A stretch of 64,000 nucleotides of DNA from Nitrospirota bacterium (GCA_963733375.1 CAVTDB010000026.1:192001-256000), one strand, 5' to 3'. Positions 1-10,618 are shown, counted from the first letter of the stretch. Notes: generated from the sequence alone by a model not told the origin. Program-made: numbers and translations.

Positions 1-549
1 GTTCTTTATCCCCATCGGCCCAAGGACATCGGGTACGCTCATGAGGCCCGCCGGGTTCGGCGCCGCGCCCGGTACGCCCGTATTCGTCGCGCAGGAGCCT
101 ATCGCCACGACGGCGGCGGCCTTCGGTGCGGCCTCCTTGACAATGTCTATAAAATCCTTGCCATGAATGGTGCCGTAGCCCTTTTTGGAAGGCATGGAAC
201 CCTCGATGACGAATATGAACCCGCCCTTGTCCACCGCGTTATGGAAATTTTCCTCCGCCTGATCGCCGGCCGCGGCCATAACCGTATCATTGAAATCAAG
301 ACTGATTATGTCCAGTATTATCTCGGCGGGGCCAGGGTTTTTGGCCTTGATGAACATCTCGGTGCAGCCGGAGTCGCAGGCCAGGGTCAGCCATACGACG
401 GAGGGCCGCTTTGCAGCGGTAGTCACGGCCTGAGCGATTTGAGGTATGTATGCCTCGGACAGCCCCAGGATAGCGGCGGTGGCGCCGCAGAACTTGAGGA
501 AGTCTCTCCTCTTCATGTGTTTTAGGGCATTCTGTGAATTGCTCCGCAT
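1..549 (-). CDS. [NiFe]-hydrogenase small subunit, Tat-exported (5' part; runs off window start)
   Basis: Manual translation (absent from ORF track): MRSNSQNALKHMKRRDFLKFCGATAAILGL...RPSVVWLTLACDSGCTEMF...VIEGS...VAIGSCAT..GVPGAAPNP. Twin-arginine RRDFLK signal and group-1 small-subunit motifs; AAGGA RBS upstream. Confidence 0.92.
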   Translation of the reverse strand, partial: MRSNSQNALKHMKRRDFLKFCGATAAILGLSEAYIPQIAQAVTTAAKRPSVVWLTLACDSGCTEMFIKAKNPGPAEIILDIISLDFNDTVMAAAGDQAEENFHNAVDKGGFIFVIEGSMPSKKGYGTIHGKDFIDIVKEAAPKAAAVVAIGSCATNTGVPGAAPNPAGLMSVPDVLGPMGIKN

Positions 550-864
550 TTTCCCGTTCCTTTCGCTTGGGTTAAACGCAATGTTCCCGAAGGCGCATCA
601 CTCCTTCAAGGCCGCTCATCCCCCGAAACTCAAAACCCCCGGGTCCTTCAGCATGGAGACATCCCCCAAATCGGATAAGCCCTGTCCTCACATTATTTCA
701 ATTTCTTAAATTTCTTATAGGTATGGCAGTGTCTGGCGGATTACTATTAGAGAACAGTATAGCAAAAAAATAAAAATTTGGGCAAGAAAATCCATTGTTT
801 AGCGAAATTAGCTTCTTTGGCGGTCAGCGAAAGGAGTTTTTGAGTCACCGGCTGGGAAAAACTT

Positions 865-3420
865 TTAATTTAACCCGTATTTTCCGGCAAGAAATTCGGC
901 GGTATACCGAGTTACCAGCTCGTCAGAGTTCAACATGGCATCGAGCTGTCTGGTGTAAGATATAAGCCTGCCGAGCTGGTCGAGCAATTCCTGGACCCTG
1001 TCCTGGCTTATATTAGAGAGCCTGGCGACCAGAAGGTCTCCCTTTATGTTAAGGCCGAACCCATGCTCCTTTAAAACCTCCGCTATGAAGGTCACCCTCC
1101 TTGAGCGCTTCACGATGTCGGTAGCGCCTCCGACGAACCGGAAGTAAATGTGGTTATTCCGCGCTTTTTCGCTGCAGTAGCAGTCGATCATGTTGAAGTG
1201 ATAGCCGAACCGCAGATTCAAACTTACATATTCTCTCGAAACCACGGCCAGATTGTATCCTACGTAACTTTCCGCATCATTCCGGATATCGGGCATACGG
1301 ACCATGCTTGAAAGAAAATCCCTGACATTCAGCGAGACCGTTTCCGAATGCCACACGCCAGGATAAGTCATCCCCTTTAATATACTGGCAAGCGGTAAGG
1401 ACGACACCTGTTCGATGCCGATTTTATCTTTCTTGTCAAGAAGAGTGAGTCCGCCGCCGATATCGACCACCATCAACGCCGCCGGTATCGGGAGTTCAAG
1501 TCTTACGGTTGCCTGACTCTTTGCATTTACGCCTCTGTGCCTCGCCTCATCGATAAGCTCTGTAACCGACTTCTCGTGCATAAACCTCAGTACGTCATGG
1601 ATAGTCCGGCATCCTTCTACCGTAAAATCCTCCATCAGCGGGTCAACGAGATGAAGGGGCGAGATATATCTCAAAAGCTGCCTTTTCTTTCGATACTCGC
1701 CGATACCCTCCATGCCGAACACGCTTTCCCTGGAGGCCTTTACCAGTTCTTTGATAAATCCTTCATAAACTCTGGCGTTACCTTCCTTATCTATATGTAA
1801 GGTTACAACCTTGCCTTCCTTCAGTATTTTTGTCGCATCGCCGGCATTGACCAAAGTCGGGATTTTGAATTCACGGCAGACTGAAGCCATGTGGCTGACA
1901 GGCGCGCCCGTATCCGTTATGATGGCGGAAATGTACGGCATGACCTTTACGAATTTCGAGGAGTCGGTCCTGGCGACCAGGACTGCCCCTCTGGGGATAT
2001 TTTCGATCTCGTCGTCACGGTTTATTATGAAAACCGCCCCTGCGCCCGTACCCCTCTGGACTACGGTCCCCTTGCCTTCCATTATGACGGCGGCTTCGGC
2101 GGGTACGGAATATCCTGGTCCCGTTCCCGGCCCTCCTCCAACCGAAGCGGCCTCGCCTGGAGAATATATATAACGCCATCTTTGTCCGCCGCCCATTCAA
2201 TATCCTGCGGCCCTCCAAAATGCCTTTCTATTAAAACGGCCTGGGACGCAAGCTCGTATACCTGCTCGTCCGTAAGGCAAGGCGTATTAATTTTATCGGC
2301 CGGCGTGGCCATGGCTTCTATTCCGCCGTCGCTCAAAAGCACGGCCATCGAATCTTTTCTGCCCGTCTTTCTATCCGTTATTTTAAAGCCCGGATTTTTA
2401 TCAGTGGGTTTTTTTACCATGAACAGGTCGGGCTCCACCGTTCCGTCGACCACCGAGACGCCGAGCCCCCATGAGGCGTTAATCATTATATCCGCCGCGT
2501 TATCGGGACTACTCGAAAATATCACGCCGCTTGAAACCGCATCTATCTGCAGGACGCACCCTACCGCCATCTTCATGCTTCCCGCGTCATGGCCCGTATT
2601 CTTCAGATACGCGGCCGCGTCCCTGGAAAAGAGACTTGCTATTACCTCTTTGTAGGCCGCTTCTATCGAATTTTTCTCGGCAGGCACGTTAAGGACAGTC
2701 TTGAACTGTCCGGCAAAAGTAAATTCGCCGTCCTCCTCTTCCGCGCTGCTTCTCACTGCGACAAAACATGGGGTCTTGCATACCCGATTTTAAAATTGCA
2801 AGAGCGTTGCCTATATCGTCCGAGACTGCCGGAGGGATTTCCCCGTTTAACACCAGATCGCACAGCCTGTCGAGCTGTTCATCCTCTAGAGAGCCTGCGC
2901 TGGACAGGCCTTCTATCATTGTCTCGAGATGGTTATGCTGGGTGAACATTTCGTAGGCGCGGGTCGTTATGGCGAAGCCGGGCGGGACGTTCAGTTTCAG
3001 CTGGTTTTTCATTTCCGCGAGGTTTAAATTTTTGCCGCCTACCTCGTGCGTCATGTCCCAGCCTATATCATCGTATGATACGACAGCCTTCGCGAAAACG
3101 ACGGCCGTGTCTTTTATGGCCGCATTTATCCGGGAGTCGATGCCGTCAAAAGTTTCCTGAAGGCGTGAATATTTTTTTTGGGTGAGCGCGTCGAACTTTT
3201 GAATTGAAGCGCCGACGGCATTATTGAGTTTATGATAGGCCGATTTGATGTAAATTATATCGAACAGGTAGTCCCCGCCGAGTTTCTCTCCCAAATCGGT
3301 GATGATATCAAGAGCCCTGTTGTTGCTGTCGATGATTTCTTTAAAAAGTTTGAACTGGTCCTGCCATGGAGGTTTCTTCCCGTTAAACTTTTCAGTTAAA
3401 AAGCTTTTAAGGTTAAACAT
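865..3420 (-). CDS. PEP-synthase/pyruvate,water-dikinase-like PEP-utilizing enzyme (three ORFs joined across apparent frameshifts at ~2755 and ~2190)
   Basis: VGGKNLNL..M, VPPGFAITT, RSSAEEED..FTFAGQFKT, GPQDIEWA, LQARPL (ATP-grasp); SHMASVCREFKIP (phospho-His swivel domain); atypical C-terminal domain with RFGYHF. Confidence 0.85.
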
Positions 3421-3484
3421 GGATTGCTCCGGGGTCCCTTTTCAAAGACGCCTTATCATAACTCCGGCAGTCTTTGCTCCGCCA

Positions 3485-4889
3485 TCATTTTACCACTTTA
3501 CTGGTTGGAAGCTCTATAGAAAAGGTAGTGCCGGTCCCCAATCCGCTGTCAACCTTAATATTGCCGCCATGGTTCTTGATTATGCCGTAGCTGACGGATA
3601 AACCAAGTCCGGTGCCTCGCCACGCCCTTGGTGCTGAAAAACGGGTCGAATACGTGCGGGAGAAATTCCGGAGATATCCCCAGGCCCGTATCCGTTACGC
3701 ATATCTCAATCATGTCCTTTTTCTTATTATGTTTTGCCCCGATATTCAGCCAGCCGCCCTCCGGCATCGCCTGCGAGGCATTTACCAGAAGGTTTACAAG
3801 GACCTGTTGTATCTGGTGCTGATCGACCATGACGTGAGGAAGTTTGTTCTTGAGGTTTGCACGGACTTCTATCTTGTTTATATCCAGCATGTTTTGTACA
3901 AGGTTAAGGGAGGTGCGAATAACGTCTTTAATATCGGCGTCCCCGAACACCGCCATCTTTGGCTTTGAGAAATCGAGCAGGTTTTTAACTATCTCCTTAA
4001 TCCTGTCGGCCTCCGACTCGACCTTCTTCATAAACTCTATGCGGTCCTGCCGGCTCATGCTGTCATAGACTTCGGCATAGGTCTGGGCTATCATGGATAT
4101 GTTGTTCAACGGGTTTGTTATTTCGTGAGCTACGCCCGCGGTCAGTATGCCCATTGAGGCCAATTTTTTGGACTGGAGCAGTTCCTCTTCGTGGGTCTTC
4201 AATTCTTCGGACATGGAGTTTACTGCCTTTATGACGGAACCAAGCTCATCGTTGGACTCCACTCCGTCAATCTTTTCAAAATTACCCGATGCTATGGTGT
4301 TGGCCAGGGCTTCTATTTTTCTTAGCGACCTTAAAATTTTTTGCGAAACAAGATGGCTTACGGCAATCGCGGAGAGGATTATGCCTATTACGGAAAACAG
4401 CATAATTTGCTTCGTGCTGGAGAGGATGTTTCCCACCCGTATCCGCTCTAAATGGACCATTGATTCAGAGAATTCCCGAAGTTTTTTGCCTTCGGTCCGC
4501 AGCTTTGTCTCACATCTCCGGTTCTTATTATCGCAAGTTACAATCGACTCGTTGACCGCGCGGTAGTAGTTATCGATGTATGTCTTGATTTTAACGAGGT
4601 TTTCGTTTCCAACCGCGCGGGAAATATCTTTACTCGCAGAGTCCACGGTACTTTTCGCGGTTTTTAACTTGTCCTGTATTTCGGTCAGCGCGGAGGGGTT
4701 ATTATAGAGGAAGTAGTTCTTCTCCGAAAGCCGCATTTCCAGGAAGGATGCGTTCAAGTCGTCGGCAATCTCCACGAACCTAAGCTTTGTAAGCACGACA
4801 TTCAGCGACTGAACGGCAAAAAAGCCTATCAGCATCATGAGGCCAACATTTACAATGTTGGACATCACTATCTTCTGCTCTATTTTCAT
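3485..4889 (-). CDS. Membrane sensor histidine kinase (HAMP-HisKA-HATPase); C-terminus frameshifted near 3615 and 3520
   Basis: Two TM segments, [10 protein letters not shown]-box, NASQA N-box, DTGLG, PFFSTK; [18 protein letters not shown] continues in another frame. Confidence 0.9.
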
Positions 4890-4998
4890 ACATCCCTCAG
4901 GCGGCAGGCTGTATTAAAAACCCGGCCTGACTTCGGGAAAGCGGCCGTCATGAGATACGTGCCGACCATCGGATTGATTCCTTCGCGTTACTAAACCG

Positions 4999-5781
4999 TC
5001 AATGCGCACCCCCACCGCCCTTGCCAAAAATGATCCCGACGCCAAAGCCCGCGCTTATCGCCGACACGATGGCGAGTATGCCGTATAAAGCGCCCTGGTT
5101 TTTGGCCATATCCGCAAGCTTCTTTACAACACCCACCTGCTCCACGGTCACTTTGGACGAGGCTTGTTCGACTATTTTCCGATCTTTTACCGCATAGACC
5201 GTGACCAGGTAATCTCCGGGGGGGGCCTGATAAGGCCAATTGAACTTCATGGAATACTTCTGTTTGCCGCCTTCGCTGGAGACCTGAAATTTGGCGCAGG
5301 AATTAGCGAAAAGTTTCTTTGATTCCTTATATCTTACAAATTCGCCGAACCATTTATTCTTTTCCGTCTGGTCTTTTGCCGGCTCCATGTTCATGTGCCG
5401 TTGCAAGGCGGGATAGCCGAGCACACAGCGGTCCTGTTCGCATACGGCCAGCATCTCGTCGAGCTTTTTTGAACACTGGACGAAATACAGGTTAGGCACC
5501 TTCTCGCATTTTAGTTCGCCGACATTCATCCACAGCGCTCCGGCTACCTTGCCCTTCATCTTCAGGGCCTGGTGGCATTCCGGGGAGGTCACGGCTATTA
5601 TATAGTCATACCCCGGGTCGGACAGGCCTGAGACGCTGAGCTCGGTCCCGCTGTAAAAGAAGCCAATGGATATGTTGTCGTTGCTTGTTTTCTCGGTAAG
5701 AAATGCGGAAGCCCCGGTCGAGAACGCCGCGATGAATAAAGTGGTTAACGCAAGAGATAATATTTTAATTTTAATTTTCAT
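4999..5781 (-). CDS. TIGR02186-family membrane-anchored exported protein
   Basis: Signal peptide from MKIKIK, KGKVAGALWMN, PYQAPPGDY motif, C-terminal TM; typical partner of TauE. Confidence 0.8.
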   Translation of the reverse strand: MKIKIKILSLALTTLFIAAFSTGASAFLTEKTSNDNISIGFFYSGTELSVSGLSDPGYDYIIAVTSPECHQALKMKGKVAGALWMNVGELKCEKVPNLYFVQCSKKLDEMLAVCEQDRCVLGYPALQRHMNMEPAKDQTEKNKWFGEFVRYKESKKLFANSCAKFQVSSEGGKQKYSMKFNWPYQAPPGDYLVTVYAVKDRKIVEQASSKVTVEQVGVVKKLADMAKNQGALYGILAIVSAISAGFGVGIIFGKGGGGAH

Positions 5782-5783
5782 GA

Positions 5784-6713
5784 TTAATGGCCTCCTCCCA
5801 TACCAAGAAGCAGTGACGGCGTAAGCGTTAGGTCGAATATCATCTTCACCGTTACGATGAGCGCGATCGCCGCGAGGAGTATCTTCAGCTGGTCCGCCTT
5901 CAGTTTTCTGCCGAAGTAAGTCCCTACCTGCGCGCCGAGTGTCGAACCCACAAGAAGCAGGACGGCTAAAACAAAGTCCACGCTGTGGTTTGTGTAGGCT
6001 TGCAGGAACGTGACCTCGATACAAGTGAACAGTATCTGGAACAGGCTTGTGCCGACAACGACATGCATGGGCATCCTTAAGATGTAGACCATTACCGGGA
6101 CCATCAGGAAGCCGCCGCCCACGCCCATAATTGCGGCCAGGACGCCGACAATCCAGCCGAAGAATATCGGAACTATCAAGGAATGCGTGACGCCAGACTT
6201 GTCGAACCGGGTCTGGAGCGGAAGGCTGGCCAGGAATCTGACCATCGCCGATTCGCCGGCGGGCTTTGCCTTCTCCGTGGTGGCCGCTTTGTTCTTTTTC
6301 ATGCTGGCAAAGCTCTCATAGAACATGTAGCCGCCGATTATGCCAAGCATTATTACATAGGTCATTTTGATTACAAAATCAGCGTTGCCCGTGGCCTTGA
6401 GGATCTTTATGGCCTGCACGCCGAAAAGGCCGCCGGTGAAACCGCCCACCAGAAGGTAGGCGCCCATTTTGAAGTCTACGTTGCCTACCTTCCAGTGCGC
6501 GTAAGTCCCGGAAGACGAGGCCGCCACTATCTGGTTCGAGTCAGTCGCCGCCGCGACCGTGGAAGGTATTCCGAACATTATCAGGAGCGGGGTCATAAGC
6601 CATCCGCCGCCCACGCCAAATAGGCCGGAAAGAAGCCCTACGGCCAGCCCGAGGCCGACCGGGACCAGTATGTTTATGCTTGTGAGAGCGACAGGCAGAT
6701 ACAGGTGCATCAT
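5784..6713 (-). CDS. Sulfite exporter TauE/SafE family membrane protein
   Basis: Duplicated GLFGVGGG / AIMGVGGGF motifs, VVGTSLFQ, highly hydrophobic. Confidence 0.92.
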   Translation of the reverse strand: MMHLYLPVALTSINILVPVGLGLAVGLLSGLFGVGGGWLMTPLLIMFGIPSTVAAATDSNQIVAASSSGTYAHWKVGNVDFKMGAYLLVGGFTGGLFGVQAIKILKATGNADFVIKMTYVIMLGIIGGYMFYESFASMKKNKAATTEKAKPAGESAMVRFLASLPLQTRFDKSGVTHSLIVPIFFGWIVGVLAAIMGVGGGFLMVPVMVYILRMPMHVVVGTSLFQILFTCIEVTFLQAYTNHSVDFVLAVLLLVGSTLGAQVGTYFGRKLKADQLKILLAAIALIVTVKMIFDLTLTPSLLLGMGGGH

Positions 6714-6759
6714 TTTAATCCTCCATGTTTTTGAGGCCGGTTTCCAAAGCCGGGCCCGC

Positions 6760-7128
6760 CTATGCCGATTTTGCCGGCTTGGCGATTGTGACCACTTGCG
6801 TAGTCGCTGATTTTAAAAGCCTGTTCAGCTCTTTTGACGAAAGCCTCTCGTTTCCGGTCACGGTCGCGCCCAGCAGCACCGTCTCGACGTTCAATTGTTT
6901 CAAGGCCTCGCGTATCGCCGGGAGAAATTCTTTTTCAGAACTGATTATTTCGGTCTTTATTCCGCCGTTGCCATTATTATTGGGCGCCGTGGCGCTTGTC
7001 TCGGATTCGGACGCGGGAGACTGTATCAGCAGGATTGACAGGTCCTTGTCGAGCGTCCTGGCAAGCTCTATCGCGTAAGACAGCCCGTCGTCGTTCTGGC
7101 AAGTTACAAAAAGCAGGCTTCTCCTCAT
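6760..7128 (-). CDS. Small hypothetical protein, possibly degenerate universal-stress-protein fold
   Basis: 122 aa with GGAGG RBS; LLFVT...GLSYAIELA start resembles USP beta1-alpha1. Confidence 0.55.
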   Translation of the reverse strand: MRRSLLFVTCQNDDGLSYAIELARTLDKDLSILLIQSPASESETSATAPNNNGNGGIKTEIISSEKEFLPAIREALKQLNVETVLLGATVTGNERLSSKELNRLLKSATTQVVTIAKPAKSA

Positions 7129-7160
7129 TCCTACCTCCGGTTAAACTAACCCGATATAAT

Positions 7161-7176
7161 AGCAATAAGGATGCCA
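7161..7176 (-). promoter_or_regulatory. Sigma-54 -24/-12 promoter
   Basis: Minus strand TGGCATCCTTATTGCT = GG-N10-GC consensus, ~30 nt upstream of the 7128 start; IHF-like TTTCAATAAGTTA at ~7182-7194. Confidence 0.85.
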
Positions 7177-7260
7177 GAATGTAACTTATTGAAAAGACAT
7201 GGATTTTACTAAGAAAGTCAAAAGAGGAGATTGTTGCAATATGGAACTGCGTTGAACGGC

Positions 7261-8592
7261 TTATTCGTTTTTCAATATCCTCCAAAGGCTCGTCCGCGAT
7301 ATCCCCAATGCCTCCGCAGCCTTTGTTTTATTGCCTCCGAGGATATCCAGAACCTTTTCTACATAAGCCCGGTTCAACACCTCGATAGTCTTTATGTCAC
7401 CAGGTTCGAATGTATCAATCTGAAACATCTTTAGACTTTGCGGCAGGCTTTCCGGGGTTATCTCATGGCTTCTTTCAAGGATGGTCGCGCGCTCGATAAT
7501 ATTTTCAAGCTCGCGTACATTGCCCGGATATGTGTATTCTTTCAGAATTTTCATCGCTGCCTTGTTTATCCCGGAAATTTTCTTTCGGGATTTCGGCAGG
7601 TGCTTTTCGAGCAGGAACCTGGCGAGAGGCTCTATATCGTCCTTCCTTTCGCGAAGCGGCGGGATGAATATTTCCATCACGTTCAGCCGGTAGTACAAGT
7701 CCTCGCGGAACCTGCCTTCGGCAATGATAGACTTCACGTTCCGGTTGGTTGCGGCTATGAACCGGACATCGACGCTTACCGTCTTTGTCCCGCCCACGCG
7801 GTAAAACTCGCCCTCCTCAATGACCTTGAGTAGCTTCGCCTGGAGGCTGGGGGCCATTTCGGCAATCTCGTCTAAAAAAAGAGTGCCGGTGTTCGCAATC
7901 TCGACCAGGCCCTGCTTTTTCTTTACCGCGCCCGTGAAAGCCCCCCGTTCGTGGCCAAACAGCTCGCTCGCCAGCAGCTCCTCCGTAAGGGTGGCGCAGT
8001 TCAGGGACAGGAAGGGAGCGTCCTGTCTCCGGCTCGTATAGTGGATTATCTTGGCAAGGAGGCTCTTGCCTACGCCGGACTCGCCCGTCAGGAAGATGTT
8101 GCATTCCGATTCCTTCAGGCTTTCGATGGTCCTGAGGATCTCGTTCATGCTGGCGCTCTTGGCTATTATGGAAATCTTTCGCAGTTCGCTTGAGATGGTG
8201 CGGACAGGCAGGCTCTGCTTGATAAGCCCCTTCCGCTCGAATATCTTCCTGACCGTCGTAACCAGCTCGTCCAGCACGAAAGGCTTCGTAATATAATCCA
8301 GCGCTCCAAGCTTGATCGCCTCCAGTGCCGAATCAATGCTGCCGTAGCCGGTGATTATAATAACATCGACCTCCGGGTGTTTCTCTTTCACCTTGGGCAG
8401 CAAGTCAAGACCCGTCATCCCCGGCATTTTTACGTCCGCGATAAGAAGGTCGAAATCGCGCTCCTCGAGCAAAGCCCAGGCGTCCAGCCCGTTATATACG
8501 GACATCACCCTGTGGCCTTCCCTTTCCAGGGTGCTCTTCAAGTGCTTCTGCGTTATCTCCTCGTCCTCGGCTATCAGAATGTCATACGGCAT
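7261..8592 (-). CDS. Sigma-54-dependent response regulator (REC-AAA+-Fis HTH, NtrC family)
   Basis: DVKMPG receiver, GESGVGKS Walker A, GAFTGA, FLDEI, C-terminal KAAEALGISRTSLWR. Confidence 0.96.
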   Translation of the reverse strand: MPYDILIAEDEEITQKHLKSTLEREGHRVMSVYNGLDAWALLEERDFDLLIADVKMPGMTGLDLLPKVKEKHPEVDVIIITGYGSIDSALEAIKLGALDYITKPFVLDELVTTVRKIFERKGLIKQSLPVRTISSELRKISIIAKSASMNEILRTIESLKESECNIFLTGESGVGKSLLAKIIHYTSRRQDAPFLSLNCATLTEELLASELFGHERGAFTGAVKKKQGLVEIANTGTLFLDEIAEMAPSLQAKLLKVIEEGEFYRVGGTKTVSVDVRFIAATNRNVKSIIAEGRFREDLYYRLNVMEIFIPPLRERKDDIEPLARFLLEKHLPKSRKKISGINKAAMKILKEYTYPGNVRELENIIERATILERSHEITPESLPQSLKMFQIDTFEPGDIKTIEVLNRAYVEKVLDILGGNKTKAAEALGISRTSLWRILKNE

Positions 8593-10186
8593 TTATTTCT
8601 GTCTCCTGGATTTTCTTCGGCAATGTTATTTCAAACACTGCGCCGCCGTTTTTGTTGCCGGCCTTTATCTCCCCGCCGTGCTTTTTTACGATATTGAATA
8701 CTATCGCAAGTCCAAGTCCGGTGCCCTTGTCCTTGGTGGTAAAAAACGGCTCGAATATCTTTTCCAGGTGTTGTGGTGAAATCCCCGGACCAGTGTCCGA
8801 TACCGTTATCTTAACGGCGTCCGCCGCGTCCTGTATCATAACGGCCAGGTCGCCCTGGCCTGCCATTGCATCTATCGCGTTTGCGAAAGTGTTTATGAAT
8901 ACCCGCTCCATCTGGCCTGCGTCCACCGGGATAACACATACGGGCGGGGCCTCAAACCGAAATTTTATCCCTTCGCGGCCGTATGCGCTGGCAGTATTAG
9001 CCAGCCCATACGCTTCCCGTATCAGCGGCACGATATCCGTCGGTGCAAGCTTCGGCTCCTGCCCCCGGGCGAAATCCAGGAGGTCCCCGATTATTCCCTT
9101 CACACGCTCGGTCTGTCCTACTATGTCTCCGACTACCTCTTTTATCTTCGGCGGCGAATCATCGTTAACCAGTTCTGCGAGTACCTGCGCCGACAGGTAT
9201 ATATTGTTCAGCGGATTATTAAGCTCGTGCGCCACACCCGACGCAAGGGTGCCTATCGCGGCGAGTTTCTTATTCTGCATGAGTTCTTCTGTTTTCTTCG
9301 CAAGCTCCCGTTCCCTTTGCGCGAGCTCATTTTCCATCGTGTTAAACTTCTCTACCAAAACATCTACCTCGTCTTTGTGCGTGGGATCCGCAGGCATGAG
9401 CGGCACCCTCGGATAGACCCCCCTGCCGGTGTGCTCGACTACGTTTGTCAGCATCTCAAGCCTCAGAGTTACGCTGCTCAGGATCAAGAAAATCGACCCC
9501 AGGCCTATCAGAAGAAATAGCGGAAACACGATCAGCAGGGCGAGTTGCGAGAGCTTAATCGTGTGCTCGACCCTGTCCCTCGCCGCCTTGTCCAGTTCCT
9601 TGATGCTGTCTATTATATCCTCGCCTGTCTTCCGGAGCCCCTTGATATCGCCGTCTACCGCCTTAAGACCCGAGACAAGCCTCTCATTCGGCGGCAGGCC
9701 GGCATTCTTTGTCAGGTATTCCGAGCTTTCGAGGGGACGCTCCATGAAAGTCATCTCTATCAGTGGGATAGACTTTGCGTATTTTGAATTTGCCGGTTCT
9801 CTGTGCCGCTGCATCTCTCTGTCAAGCGAGTCAAGCGAAGCTTCAATGCGGTCGAATTGGTCCCTGTATTTCGCCGTCAGGGAGTGAAGCCTCAAAAATT
9901 GTCCTCCCGCGTACGTTCGCTTAGTCACCGATAGGGTACCCAGTATCTCCTTCAGATATCTGTGCACCTCGGCTGATTCCTCAGCCGACTTCTGCGGGCC
10001 GTACAGGAAGAAGTTCTTTTCATGCCTTCTTATCTGAAGAGATTTTGTCCGGAGGGTATCAGTCAGTTCAAGAAAGGTGATCTCGTTTCGCATCTGGATA
10101 AAATTAACATATTCGAAAATAACCAGAAGGGCGATAATGGACGCGCTGATTAGAAATCCATATGTTATCTTCTTTTTCAGGAACAT
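8582..10186 (-). CDS. Membrane sensor histidine kinase
   Basis: AHELNNPLNN, NAIDA, DTGPG, GTGLGL; periplasmic RRHEKNFFLY motif shared with the 3485-4889 kinase. Confidence 0.94.
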   Translation of the reverse strand: MFLKKKITYGFLISASIIALLVIFEYVNFIQMRNEITFLELTDTLRTKSLQIRRHEKNFFLYGPQKSAEESAEVHRYLKEILGTLSVTKRTYAGGQFLRLHSLTAKYRDQFDRIEASLDSLDREMQRHREPANSKYAKSIPLIEMTFMERPLESSEYLTKNAGLPPNERLVSGLKAVDGDIKGLRKTGEDIIDSIKELDKAARDRVEHTIKLSQLALLIVFPLFLLIGLGSIFLILSSVTLRLEMLTNVVEHTGRGVYPRVPLMPADPTHKDEVDVLVEKFNTMENELAQRERELAKKTEELMQNKKLAAIGTLASGVAHELNNPLNNIYLSAQVLAELVNDDSPPKIKEVVGDIVGQTERVKGIIGDLLDFARGQEPKLAPTDIVPLIREAYGLANTASAYGREGIKFRFEAPPVCVIPVDAGQMERVFINTFANAIDAMAGQGDLAVMIQDAADAVKITVSDTGPGISPQHLEKIFEPFFTTKDKGTGLGLAIVFNIVKKHGGEIKAGNKNGGAVFEITLPKKIQETEINAV

Positions 10187-10370
10187 GAAGGCCTCATTTG
10201 TTCAATTTGAAACATTATAAGCTTTAAGGCATTGGATGTCCAAAAATTTTTTCACCTTCGGGTCGATGAGTTTAAGAAAAGCAGTAGGGACTTTGGGGGG
10301 CAGGGGGGGCGCAAAAAAGGGGGTTAAACAAAAAAAGGAATTGCAAGTTCGCAACCCCTTTTGGTAAATT

Positions 10371-10448
10371 TGGCGTCCCCCGGGGGATTTGAACCCCCGT
10401 CGCCGCCGTGAAAGGGCGGTGTCCTGGGCCAGGCTAGACGAGGGGGAC
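10371..10448 (-). tRNA. tRNA-Glu (TTC)
   Basis: Minus strand GTCCCCCTCGTCTAG...CCGCC CTTTCAC GGCGG...GGTTCAAATCC...GGACGCCA cloverleaf with encoded CCA. Confidence 0.96.
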
Positions 10449-10618
10449 GGGTTTTGGCGTGCAGGTAAATATACAGAAAGACATGACTTCCTGTCAAGCC
10501 ATATTTTTGAACGCCGGCAGGATTATTTAGCTGGACTTTTGGCATTTTCATTAATATAATCAAAACGCGTTTTGCGCCTCGCCCGGCAAGATACCCTTCC
10601 TTCGGGCAAGATAATTAT

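Noticed and set aside
4999-6024. 341-aa ORF overlapping tauE
   Set aside because: True start is MKIKIK at 5781; the extension is an overlap artefact
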